From NCBI RefSeq assembly GCF_009914755.1, contig NC_060939.1: 64,000 nucleotides of DNA; one strand, written 5' to 3'. Positions 15,858-30,498 of this stretch are shown piece by piece. The notes under the pieces were generated by a model that worked only from the letters and a program-made list of their open reading frames with translations, searched no databases and had not been told where the DNA came from. The translations under genes and the position numbers were made by a program. Position 1 is the first letter of the stretch; every line of letters starts with the position of its first letter. The stretch is from the human T2T-CHM13v2.0 reference genome, Homo sapiens.

Positions 15858-16289
15858 ATATTCTCCTTTCTAGTAAAAACCTACTATGACGTGGCACTCT
15901 TCTGGACATTTGATAAACTTACCTCTGCTTTCCCATCAGGTCTGTGAGGTGGTGTAGTTCTTGCCATTTGACAGGTAAGTCGGCAGAGGCTCATAGAGGG
16001 CCCCACGTCACAGTCCCTGTAAGGGTCAGTGCGACGACTGGAACCCAAGTGTGTGTCACACTGACCTCATGCTTGTCCATCACTCCACACAGCCTTCGAT
16101 GCAGGAAATAGGCTGGTTTCTGATGCACCTGGTGTCTGAGAGAAGCTTTGGTTCTTTCACTTTTCAGCTTTGCCCTGGCCTGGGCCCAGGCCCTACTCCT
16201 GAGGTCAGGCTTGTCCCAAGAGAGGCGGGGCTAGGGTGGGTAATTATCTCAGCGGTTGCTGTGAGCTCCATCCAGCTCAGGTGAGTCTT

Positions 16290-17110
16290 GGGATCCTGGC
16301 TTCTCAAACTTTCACGTGCACACAATTGCCTGGGGATTTGATTGAAACGCAGTTTCTGACTCAGCAGGACAAGGGTGGGGTCCACATTTCTTTCTTTCCT
16401 CTCTTTCTCTCTTCATCCAAAATCTTTTTAATAAGAGGGTAGGCGCCAGGGTTAGTTTTTGTAGTCTCGGCTGGCCCTTTGACCTCTGGCGCGCTTGAAC
16501 TTCCGGCCCTTGGAGCGGACGTAGGCTTTGGTGTGGCTGTGCGGCGTTCCTGGGGCCTTGCCGAAATGCCGGTACACCTCTTGGCCCTTGAGAGAACCAA
16601 AGAGCGGAATGGTGCTGCTGCCCTTGGGGGAGTCCAGGGCCAGCTGGTCAAAAGTGAGGATCTTGCCCCCTGCCCCGCCCTGAGGATGCGGCGGCAGCCC
16701 GGCTGGTCACACACAGTGCACACACCTTCAGGTTGAGAACCTCCTGAACCCGCACATCATCCATTATGGTCCCCAAGACCACGGCCATTTTGTTTTCCCG
16801 GCCAGGAAGCTTCATCTTCCGGATCATCTGAGCAACAGAGTGACCGGTTGGTGTGACTCATAAACAGCCTCTTCAGTACAACCTGGTTGAATATGGAGTT
16901 GATTTGTCTGGCCAGAAAGCTGTACAGCTTGACCAACAGCCTCAGGTAGATATCCCGGCTCTTGGGCTCCTTGCGCGGAACGTTTTTTGGTCCTTGTTGG
17001 GGCGGATGTCAACTCCCATGATGGCGCCTCCTGCTCGGCCAGTTCCGGAAAGCCAGGTTTCTAATTTCTAACAAGCCCCGGGTGATGTTGTTACCAAGGT
17101 CCACCTGCCA
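16290..17110 (-). mobile_element. MER5-like hAT MITE split by the RPL18 retrocopy (halves ~16290-16386 and ~17053-17110)
   Basis: Minus strand: CATCACCCGGGGCTTGTTAGAAAT ... CCTGCTGAGTCAGAAACTGC...GCACGTGAAAGTTTGAGAAGC. Confidence 0.6.
16387..17052 (-). pseudogene. RPL18P: Processed pseudogene of 60S ribosomal protein L18 (RPL18)
   Basis: Minus strand begins CTTTCCGG...GGAGGCGCCATCATGGGAGTTGACATCCGC (ATG at 17019, MGVDIR..). Collinear with the spliced RPL18 CDS up to ...TACAAAAACTAA (stop 16452-16454); intronless; ATTAAA at 16427-16432; decayed A/G-rich tail; frameshifting indels. Confidence 0.95.
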
Positions 17111-18304
17111 CAGTTTATAGAGGGCCGTGGAGGTGGGAGTGGGGTGGGGTAGGCAGAGGAGAGAAACAGGAGGTTGCAGTTGGGACAGCTGTGCTCATCC
17201 TCACTTGTAACTGACTCTCGTAAATTGTCATTTAACTTCTCAACACCCACCCTCCTCCCTCATCAATATGATAAAGAAAGAACATCAGAACATCTGTGTT
17301 CTTGGTCTCCCAGGAAAGCCCACCCAGTCAGGACCCCAGGATGTGGCAGGCAAGTCCCTCCCTCCCCCTGAAGCCCCAGTGACTCCAGCTCTAGGTGCTT
17401 ATGCTGGGGTGGGGGCAGGACACTGTGAATCTGCAGCTGCTCCCCACGTTGTTGAGGGGAGCGCATAGTATGTGGGGAGAGGTGAGGAGAGGACTTTCCT
17501 CTTCCTAGAACTTCTGGTCTGGTCCCCAGGGCACAGGTGTTAATGAAGAAGGAGGAATGGCCTCTTCCTAATGGGCCTTTCAAGGCCTGCCAGAGCCAGC
17601 AGGGTGGGCAGGGGACAGGGAGGAACTTGTGCTTCCCGGCAGGGACAGGAACCCGCTGGATGCACCGCTTTGACCTTGGCTCATTGTAAACATGCTCTAA
17701 TGTGGGGCGTTGAAGCCAAGAGATGGGACAATTATCATTGCAAGGGAAGTTATCTTAAAGTTAATTTATAAATTCCAGTCAAGGTCCTAAAGGAATTGTT
17801 AGAAGGGAGGGTGGTAGTGAACTTGGTAAATTCACTTTAAAATCACTGGTAAATGGAGAGAAAAATCAAGTAAATACTGAAAGAAAAAAAGAATGTAGGG
17901 GGCTATAACAGTTATAAAAGATATACCAATGTCATGTAGTAGAAAGCCCAGAAGTCCCACGTATACTTTAAATATTTAGCAAATGACACATTTGGCATTT
18001 CAAAATGGAGAGGAAATAAATATGGCTGAAAAAATTAAGGATTTGATCTTTCTTCAAACCGCATGCTAACATAAATTCCAAATGGGACAAATAGTTAAAT
18101 ATAAACAAGGAAAATAGAATGAAATAGAAGAAAACATTTATATAATGTCAACGTGAGGGAGGCCATCCTAAGTTTAACATGGAAATAGAAACCATAAAGG
18201 AAAGATTGGAAACGTGACTGCAAAAAGATTTATGATATAAAAATGTCATAAAATTAATAAGCAAATAAATCAGGAGAATTTAATGTATGTCAGACAGGGA
18301 GTTA

Positions 18305-19345
<1,041 letters not shown>

Positions 19346-20624
19346 GGAGGAGGAAGAGGAGGAGAGGACTAAAACCACAAGACACCTCTTTTTCCTGCTG
19401 AATTGGCAGAGATAAAAAAGATATAATGACAGCTGGACAGGGAAGAGTTTGAGTAAACAGACACTTATCCACTGCTGGGGCTGTAAACTGGAACAACTGT
19501 TCTGTAGGGCCAAAGCCCTAAAAATGCCCCATCTGTTTGTACCAGAACTTTTATTTCTAGAAATAGATCCTGAAGAAATAATCAGATGTGCAAAATGAAT
19601 GCATCAATATGCATCACAGTCGCACTCACACATGGAATATTGAAACTGCCTAAATGTGCACCCATGAATCCAAACAACTTTCTTCTTGCTCACCCATCAG
19701 TCACCCAAGTCCTTCAGTCAAGTTTTAAAAACCAAAGCACCTGTGATTTAGCCTAAGGAGCTTTGCCCCCTTGTGCTGCACAGGGCAGGGCCAGATTGAG
19801 CTCTTTGCAGTGGAGCAGAAAGTCCCATCCAGCACTAGAGAAGTGAGTAGCTACTGAGGATTTAACTTGTGCTTCGTTTCTTGGTGTCCAGAAGGAATAG
19901 AAAGCATTTTCTGTCTCCCTAGGGACCTGTTTTTGTCTCTAAAACCTGGCTTCTTACCACTCTTGGGCCCTCAAAGCCTGACATGGTTGGATCCACCCCT
20001 CACCTCCTCCCCTGCTCACCACCTAGGAAGCCTCTTCTTAGCTCCAGCCACGCAGGTCTTCTTTCAGCTCTTCAAACTCATCATGCCCTCTCTGGCCACA
20101 CAGTCTTTGCACATGCTGTTCCCTTTGCCCAGAACTTCTCCCATTCTCTCCTGCCTGGTTACTTCTGAACTTGAACGTCCCTGTCTCAGGAGGCTATCCT
20201 TGGCCTAAGTTTTTATAGGTTCCTTTTGCGCTCTGCATTCTACCTACAATTTCACATTAATTTATGCAAGTGTTTTGTTTCTGTCTCTCTCTCCCAAGAT
20301 TCTCAGCACCATGTGGCAGTTGTATGTAGCTCCAGTATCCACACGGTGCATGACACATGGCTGGGCTTCAACACGGCTAACCCATGGCTCTAGGAGATTT
20401 TCTTTTATTATTTCTTTGGTAACCCCTTGCCCTTTGTTTTCTCTGTTCTCTTTCTGGAGTGTCAACTGGTTGGTTGAACTTGAATCAGTCCTTGAAGTAT
20501 TTTATTTCTCCTCTTGTATTTTTTTTTCTTTTTTATGTTTTGTCTGCATTCTAGACATTCCATCAATTTTATTTTCCAAGCCATCTAGCAAGTTTTATTT
20601 TGGTAACCATATTTTTAATTGTAA

Positions 20625-20921
<297 letters not shown>

Positions 20922-20939
20922 AAAAAGTTACTTCTTTTA

Positions 20940-21825
20940 TGTTTGCACACACATGTTCACAGCAGCATTATTCACAATAGCCAAAAGGTGGAAACAACTC
21001 AAGTGTCCATAGACAGATGAATGGATAAACAAAATTTGGTATATCCATACAATGGACTATTATTCAGCCTTAAAAAGGAAGGTAATTCTGACACATGCTA
21101 CATTAGTGAACCTTGAAGACATTATGCATGTGAAGTAAGCCAGTAACAAAGGACAATTATTGTATGATTTCACTCATATGAGATACTTAGAGTAGTCAAA
21201 TTCATGGAGACAGAAAGTAGAATGGTGGTTGCCAGGATCGGGGCCAGCCAGGGATGGGGAATTTTTGCTTCATGGGTACAGAGTTTCAGTTTTGCAAGAT
21301 AAAAAAGTGTTCTGGAGATGGTTGTTGATGACGGTTTTAGAACAATGTGAATATCCTTAATGCCACTGATGTGGTTAGACTTTGTGTCCCCACTCAATCT
21401 CATCTTGAATTATAATCCCCAGGTGTTTAGGAAAAGACCTGGTGGGCAGTGACTGGAGTATGGGGGCAGTTTTCCCTATGGGGGCAGTTTTCCCCATGCT
21501 GTTCTCTTAATAGTGAATGACTTCTCACCCGATCTGATGGTTTTATAACTGGTAGTTTTTCCTGCACTGACGCATACTCTCTCCTGCCCTCACGTGAAGA
21601 AGGTTCTTGCTTCCCCTTCTCCTGCCATGATTGTAAGTTTCCTGAGGCCTCCCCAGCCATGTGTAACTGTGAGTCAATTTAACCTCTTTCCTTTGTAAAT
21701 TACCTAGTTTCGGGTAGTATCTTTATAGCAGCGTGAAAACAGACTAATACAGCCACGGAACTGTACATTTAAAAAAGGTTAAAATGGTGAATTTTATATT
21801 ATGTATTTGCCACAATCTTTAAAAA
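20940..21825 (+). mobile_element. L1MB-type 3' end, interrupted by THE1
   Basis: CACAGCAGCATTATTCACAATAGCCAAAAGGTGGAAACAAC...GAACTGTACATTTAAAA. Confidence 0.8.
21367..21751 (+). mobile_element. THE1-type MaLR solo LTR
   Basis: TGATGTGGTT...GACTAATACA; 5-bp TSD GCCAC. Confidence 0.9.
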
Positions 21826-22495
21826 GATAATTGTTTCTCTGTTCCTTTTTTTTTTAACATCTTGGGTGTGTTTTTTTTTAAGTTGTATTTCCTTGAGCTT
21901 TCCTGAGAATACACGTTTTCTTTATTTCTTTTTAATCTTTTATTCTCTGAAGGTTCTCTAAGGACTTCTTTGGCTCTTTCTCCTTCACTTTGGAAGCTTT
22001 TCTAAAATATATGGGGCTACCTGGTGTCCTTCCATATCTAAAGGAACTTTGTGCACAGGCCAAAGGGGGTTATGTGCACGCGGGCAGAGCTTAGAGTGGG
22101 AACCAGTCATTACACTCATGGACCCCTAAATGCCGCCATAAGGGGGCTTCCTCAAGGGTGCCGACCACTACACTAGCAGCACCTATCTCACCAGGCAGTA
22201 TACACAGTTCTCTTTAGAGACAGTCTCTGATTTTTTTCCTTGGGGTAAGTGCCTGGCTGAACCCATGACTTGGGGGAAAGGGCATTAACTGTCCCTACCT
22301 GGATCTTCGTTTATTCTGCCTGTTCCAGCCCCATTTTCACTTTGCCCTCTGTGATACCTGCGCTGGAGCCTGGAGGCTCCCTCAGGTTCTCACAGGCAGA
22401 TGGCTCAGCCCCGCTGCACCCCAGCCCCTCTAATCTACCCCACAGGTCTCTAACTCCTTTTCATTTTCCAGATGAAATCACTTGTCTGCTAATGA

Positions 22496-22867
<372 letters not shown>

Positions 22868-24057
22868 TAGACTGTTTAAAACACTGGTCCATCAGTTGAA
22901 TGGAAGGAGAGGATATAAATGTGCCTTCTCAGTCCCCATCTTGAATCCCATTCATTCCCACAGCTGCTGCCCTAACTCAGCCTCATTTTTCTACCTGAGA
23001 TATTGTGGCTCTGCCACCTCCAGCCCCTTCGTCCCCAGCACATGCTGCGACAGCCAGGGTGACCTTCCAAAAGCAGGAATCTGAGTGTAGATCCCTGTTT
23101 GAACTCCTCAGTTGACCTTTAGAACCAGCAGGATCAAATCTTCCATGACATTCAAGGCCTTTCGTGAGCTGGACTCTGCCTGTATCTCTAGCCTCATCTC
23201 TTTGTAGTTTCTCAGTGAGCTGTGCTCTTAGATGCCTCCTAATGTTAGCTCATGCTGGCCCCTGGCCTGGAACACTCTTTTCCCCCTTCTATTCTTAGAT
23301 GGCTTGAATCCGTCTGCTGGAGGAAGGAATACTTATGCCCCTACTCTTGTTTTTTCCTTGCACGTGGAGGGAAATCATCAGGGTAACTCTCCTGGACTCC
23401 CATTTCCGCACCACCCACCTCCCTGCAGGAGCTCCAGCATTGCCTCCTCCAGACAGCCCTGTGTGATTGTCCAGTCTGGGGCAGGTTCCTCTTCTGTCCT
23501 TTACAGTCTCCGATATACTTAACACACTAAATGGCCAGGGCCTGAAGAGAGGCAGAGCAGAACAAGTCATGTTTGGTGGCTCCTATCTGCACAGCCCACA
23601 TCCCCGTCTTGGGGTACAGCAGGAATCTAAGCCCCTCTGGCTAAGCTGTTCCCATGCCATTCAGCATGGAGGCAGCAGTGCCTGTCACTAGGCAGGAGCT
23701 AAGTTCTGCATCCTCCTGGCTTACTCCCTCCCTCCTCTACTAGTTTTGGTTACCGGGATTCCTTCATAGCAGCCTCCCTCTCAGGTTAGCCTTTGTCCCC
23801 AATCCAGATGCCTATAGAGTCACATCACCATGGGAGGGTATGATTATGATTCCCCAAAACTGACCCTGCCCTAGAAGCCAAGTGAATTGTGCAGTATGAG
23901 TCCTGAAGCTCCTTTTGGGTTCACTCTCCAACTAACTCCATGTCTTTTTTAGGGAATGGTTTTTGTGACCTTGTCTGTAAGCGCTGGAGGTGTACGCATG
24001 CCTGATAGAAAGGTGCACAGAACCCATTTGTGTAGAAGCTTAAGGAGAAAAGAACCG

Positions 24058-24450
<393 letters not shown>

Positions 24451-24924
24451 CTAAAATGAAACAAAACTCAGTGTGCCAAGTGTGGTACAATGCGGTCCTA
24501 CAGTTAAATTGGGTTGTCCCCACTTCCCCTCCCCAGAGATGTAGATGAGGTATGAAAGGGAGCAGAGCTGGCCTGGGAGGGAGAGGGGAGGAGGAGGAGG
24601 AGGAGATGGGGATGGTCGGCTCTGTTCCCTGAGGGAGTTGATTCATAAACTGCTACAGAAGTGGCTCAGAAAGCATGCTCTGAGGAACATTAACTTGTAA
24701 GCCCCTGCTACCAGCCCTGAAAAAGCATTCCAAACCAAATAGGTTTGGGAACCCAGAGCACCCAATGCCTCTCCTGGGGAGTCCCAATTTACATTGGCAT
24801 ATTAAAGGCTCTGAGAAGTCCCACAGTAAATAAACTTGTATATTTTTGATTAATCCAGTTCTTCCCAAATGTCTTTAAATTTGTTAACATTCTATGAAAA
24901 TATTTTAAGAAATGTTGTGTACTT

Positions 24925-25292
24925 TAGGATTTTTCTACTCAAAATTTGGTTCCCAGCCAGGCATAGCGGCTCATGCCTATAATCCTGGCACTTTGGGAGA
25001 TTGAGGTGGGTGGATCACTTGAGCCCAGGAGTTCAAGACCAGTCTGAGCAACATGATGAAACCCTCTCTCTACAAAAAATAAAAAATAAAAATAAATGCA
25101 AAACAAACAAAAACTTTGGTTGCGGGACCTGCAGCATTAGCATCACCTGCAAGCTTGTTAGAAATGCATAATCATAGATCCCGTCCCAGAACTACAGATT
25201 CAGAATTCTGGGGCTAGGGCCTAAGAATCTGCATATTAATCAGCCTTCCAGGTGACTTTTATGTATCCTGGGGTTGGATGATCCCTGCTTTA
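24925..25292 (+). mobile_element. MER5-like MITE containing an Alu left monomer (FLAM-like, ~24956-25113)
   Basis: GCATCACCTGCAAGCTTGTTAGAAATGCA...GAATCTGCAT; TSD-like AAAATTTGGTT/AAACTTTGGTT around the monomer. Confidence 0.7.
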
Positions 25293-25777
25293 GGGCAGTG
25301 GTTTTCAAAGTGTGGCCCGTGAAATTCTGGAGGTCCCCAAAGCCTTTTTAGAGGATCTACAAGGTCAAAGTTATTTTCATAATAGACTATGATGTTAGCC
25401 TTTTGCATCGATCATGGAAAAGCAATGGGGAGTAAAACTTCAGTGCCCTAACCCACATCAAGGCGGTGGCACCAAACTGTTCTGGTGATCATAGTTTTCT
25501 TCACCATCACACACTTACAGCAAGTGGAACTTGGCATTTCATTTCTGACTGCCCTTGATAAAGCAAATATATATGTATTAATTTTGTGAAATCTCAACCT
25601 CTGAGTTCACATCTTTTTAATAATCTGTGAACAAATGGGAGGTAGACATAAAGCACTTCTGTTTCATAGCAAAGTATAAATATCTAGACGAAAAATATTT
25701 GTGCAGTCTTTGAGTTGCAAGTTGAACTAGTTGCATTTTTCATGAAACACCATTTTTGCTTGAAAAGATGGTGGACA

Positions 25778-26075
<298 letters not shown>

Positions 26076-26261
26076 GGATGGTGGACAAACTACTTATTCA
26101 GAGATGGATATTGTCTAAAAAATGAACAAAGTAAGCTTGCCACTTCAAGGGAAACTGACAGTACTTATAGGCAATAGCATTTGAGCTTTCAAGTGAAGAT
26201 GAGAATTTTGGAAAACTTGTATTTGCTACCACAAGCTTAATATCTTTCCAATACTTACAGA

Positions 26262-26766
<505 letters not shown>

Positions 26767-27795
26767 TTAGAGTCACAAAGTACTGAAATTTCATCGATAT
26801 GGTTTCCGAATCCACATTGCAATTAACCTTTAAGAAGTACCACTTGTTGAGTTTTGATGTAGTATTTAAGAAAATTATCCGCAATTATCTGAAAAGACTG
26901 TTAAAATATTCCGCCCTTTTCCCACACGGGCATTGACTGTATCTGAGCTTGCTTCTCTGGGCTCCGTAAAATAGGACTAAATGCTGAGGACCAGCAGGTG
27001 CGGGGGGACAGTCTGCTCTCTGGAGTCAGCAGATAAAATGCAAGGTGTCTGGGGCACCCAGAGCTCTAATACTTAATACTCATCAGCTTCCACTGCAGCT
27101 GACATAAAGACGCACTTAGCAAGGGGTGTGTGCTGCTCCAGGGAGGAAATGAGGGTAATTGAAATTAACTTGGCTCCTGCTGTTTTTTCCTCCTTTCCTA
27201 ATCACCGGGAAATCTGCTGTTAGCGGAGCAGGAGAGCCTGAGGGCCAATGCTCCAGGGAGTCAGGGGCTCAATTAAGCTTCAGTAAATTGGATTTCTGGC
27301 CGTGAGGCCATGGGGCTGGGGTTGGCATTGAGGCATGAGCTGCCAGACGGTATTAGGCCAAGGACTGACCAGATGGGCCCAGTAGCTAATTCAATCTGGC
27401 TTCCCAGAAACAGGACTTGGAAGGCCAGAGCTATGGGCCTGGACAGCTGTGACTCCAGCTGGGAGGGCAAGATCTTATGTGGCACTGGGCCCACCCTGTG
27501 GCTCGTCTCAGGGAGTCCTGTGCCCGGCATCTGGCCTCGGCCAGCTGTGCACTAACAATCCTGATAACCAGTGATAAGTGGCAGTTTAGTGCTAGGGAAA
27601 AAGCCCAGCCTGGGGATTGGGGGCCAGGGCTGTGGGCTCCACACAGGTATCAGCTTGCTCTAGGAGTGAATTTAGGTAAGTCTCATTCTCTAGGACTAAC
27701 ATTCTTGCTTCTATGGGCTGCCATAGTCTTAAAAAAAAAAAAAGAAAAAAAGAGTCAGAAAACTCAGAATGGGAGAGAGGCTGAAACTAAGAGAT

Positions 27796-28408
27796 TGTAA
27801 GGTACATGGATGTGCTTTGGTCTAGGAACAGGCCAAGGCGGATATTCAGGCCTGCATGACTCAGCTAGTTTGGTGCACAAGTGCACACCTCCACTTGTTA
27901 TATAACCTGTTTGTGTAAGTTCATACTTGGCTTTAAGTTACTATGGTCTGTAAAAGGTATAACTGTCCTGCTGATGCTGTGCATGGGGCTTGGCTCTTGG
28001 GGGTCTCGGCTCGGCTCAACATGGCTTGGCATGGCAGGTGCGCGGGTGCCCAGAGAAAGAGAGAGAGAGTCAAAGCTCTCCATCTTGCAGATGGACAGGA
28101 GGGAGTCAGGACCCAACTTGGCTTGCTTGTGCCCAGAGAGAGAAAGAGTTAAGCTGCTGACCCTGAAGGCAAAGGAGAGCTGGCTGCACAACTGTGCGTG
28201 GGGGCAGCCAGCTCAAGCAGCCGAGACAGGGTGAACAGTGTGTGAGTAAGTTGTTAATGAGAAAGCTAATTTAAATAAGCTGTGTAAGAGAGCTGCTGCT
28301 GAATAAACCATAGTCACCTGCCTATGGCCCCCCGAGTGTTCTTTCTGCCCATCCACGCACTCCCCTTGGACTTCAGCATGGGCTGGACCTGGACCCCGGG
28401 ATCTGACA
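27796..28408 (+). mobile_element. LTR18-type (ERVL) solo LTR
   Basis: TGTAAGGTACATGGATGTGCTTTGGTC...GATCTGACA; 5-bp TSD GAGAT; AATAAA. Confidence 0.8.
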
Positions 28409-28413
28409 GAGAT

Positions 28414-28592
28414 CATAGTAGATAAAGATAGAATGAGATAGAGACAGAGAGAGGCAGAGAGTGAGTCAGGTACACAAGAGAGGCAGAAAAAGATACAAAC
28501 AACAGGGAGAGGGAGAGACAGCTAGACAGAGCAAGACAAAGATACAGTTGGCTTAGAGAGCAGAGAAAAAAAGACAGGAAGAGAGAGACTGA
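28414..28592. repeat. GA-rich low-complexity / degenerate (GA)n
   Basis: GAGACAGAGAGAGGCAGAGA... Confidence 0.8.
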
Positions 28593-29385
28593 AGCCAAAG
28601 TTTCACTACAAAATGAATGTTCTAAGTGGGGGCGGCAGGGCTTTTTTTTCTTTTCCTTAATAGTTCCTAACCTGGTCTTAAAAACCCAGTTCCCAAATGG
28701 TCAGAGAAGGCCCCATTCTCATTCTTGGAAAAGAGGAGAAGGAGAGTTTTTCTCTGTGCTTCTCCCGGTTGCTTTCTCCAACCAGGGCACGGAATTCCAA
28801 ATTTGGAGCAGCCCTAGCAGCCCGAGCTGTCTGGTCAGTTGGCCTCAGCCGAGTCTGCACCAAAAATCTTCCCAAACCTCACACAGAGTCCTCACACCAG
28901 CCCCTTTCTGGGCCTTAGACCACCCCAGCTGTCAGAGCTGCAATGGAAAGGTCAGGGCCAGGCCAGCACAGCATCCCTGTGTCCTGATTGGCATGAATCC
29001 TCCATCATTTCCTGCCCAGCCCTTCTTCCCAGAAGTCACACCGTGGGAGTTCCTGTGTCCTGCTGTGTCCCACTTTCTGACACCCAAAACTCACCGTGCG
29101 TCATCCCTTCAGGCCTTTTCTCTCTTGGACTGGGCCTGCCAGAGACTGAACTCACATCAGGGGTCTCTGGCAGACTGGCCGGCCACTCCCATGCCTGCCA
29201 GGGACTTGTTTTCCCATTTTCTGTCCCACCCCAACCCATGCTGCAGCCCCAGGTGTCCCTCATCTGCACCAAGCCAGGCCCATCTCTTGGCTATCCAGTA
29301 ACTACTGGGAGTCAGGGACACAGAGTTTCAGATCCTCAGCTTCCCTACTGGGGCATGGTGAGCCAGGGAGAGAATGGACAGACTT

Positions 29386-29568
29386 GAGCAGCGGTTCTTG
29401 GCTTGGACCACACATTGGCATCATCTGGGAGCTGTCAAAGCCACCCATGTGCCAGGATCCCACCCCTGAGAGACTCTGTTGTAGTTGGCCTGGGGAGTGG
29501 CCTGGACATTGGGATTTTGAAAAGCTCCCAGGGTATCCTGATATGCATCCAGGGTTAAGAACCAGTGT
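29386..29568. mobile_element. MER5-like MITE
   Basis: CAGCGGTTCT...CAGGGTTAAGAACCAGTG termini. Confidence 0.65.
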
Positions 29569-29779
29569 CATCAACCCAGGCCTGCGCCAGAAAGAGTCCA
29601 CCCCAGACCTCACCTGCCAGAGACTCAGAGACAGCCAGGCCCCGGCCCAGGGTAACACAGCTGGAAGGGGCAGAGTGGTGCTGGCCAGAGTTCCTCTATC
29701 ATCTTCCTCAGCTCCTCACCCCCTTCAACTCCAGGGACAAGAGCTCTGTCTCTTACCTTGGTCTGTCCACTCTGAACTC

Positions 29780-29990
29780 TGGGATCCCAGGAGTTGAGTT
29801 CTGTATTCACCTGTTACCAACAACATGTTCCTCTCTGACCCTCATCTCCTCGACTGTAGTTTGGAGAGAATAGTAACCACTTCACAGGGTTGCAGTGACA
29901 ATTAAATGAGTTTAATATGTTAAAGGCTTATCATGGTGCCTGGCACTTAGTAAGCACTAAAATGTTATCTATTAGTATTGCGGTTACTGT
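29780..29990 (+). mobile_element. MIR
   Basis: TCACAGGGTTGCAGTGACAATTAAATGAG...GTGCCTGGCACTTAGTAAGCACT. Confidence 0.7.
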
Positions 29991-30070
29991 TATTGTTCCC
30001 ACAAAGAAAGCATGAACAAACAACAGAGTCTGGCTGGCAATTTGGGGGAGTGGGGCAATCCAATGGTGTA

Positions 30071-30498
30071 TGTTATGAGTTGAACAGTGGCCTCCCGAAA
30101 AGACATGTCCATTTCCTAACCCGCATACCCTGTGAATGTGGTGTTATTGGGGAAAAGGGTCTTTGTAGGTATAATCAAGGATTTCAAGATGAGATCGTCT
30201 GAGCGGGGCCTAAATCCAGTGTGTCCTTATAGGAGACAGAAAAGGAAAGGCACAAAAAAGACCATGGGAAGACAGAGGCAGAGGCTGGAGTGATGCAGCC
30301 ATGAGTTAAAGAATGTCTGGGTCCCCCAGGAGCTGGAAGAGGCAAGGAGGGACTCTGCCATAGCACATTCCGAGGGAACGTGGGCCTGCCAGCACCTTGA
30401 TGTCAGACCTCTGGCCTCTAGAACTGTGAGCAAAGTTCTGGGGTTTTAAGCCAACCATTTTGCTTTAATTTGTTACAACAGCTGCAGGAAAGCTACCT
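30071..30498 (+). mobile_element. MLT1C-type MaLR LTR
   Basis: TGTTATGAGTTGAA...CAGGAGCTGGAAGAGGCAAGGA...TAATTTGTTACAACAGC. Confidence 0.8.

Noticed and set aside
16361-16723. 120-aa minus-strand ORF over the RPL18 retrocopy
   Set aside because: Mostly an out-of-frame reading of the pseudogene that runs through its tail; no evidence of a functional protein.
28756-29873. Overlapping 137-182 aa ORFs
   Set aside because: No recognisable domain; overlapping frames in GC-rich DNA, partly within MER5; consistent with chance.
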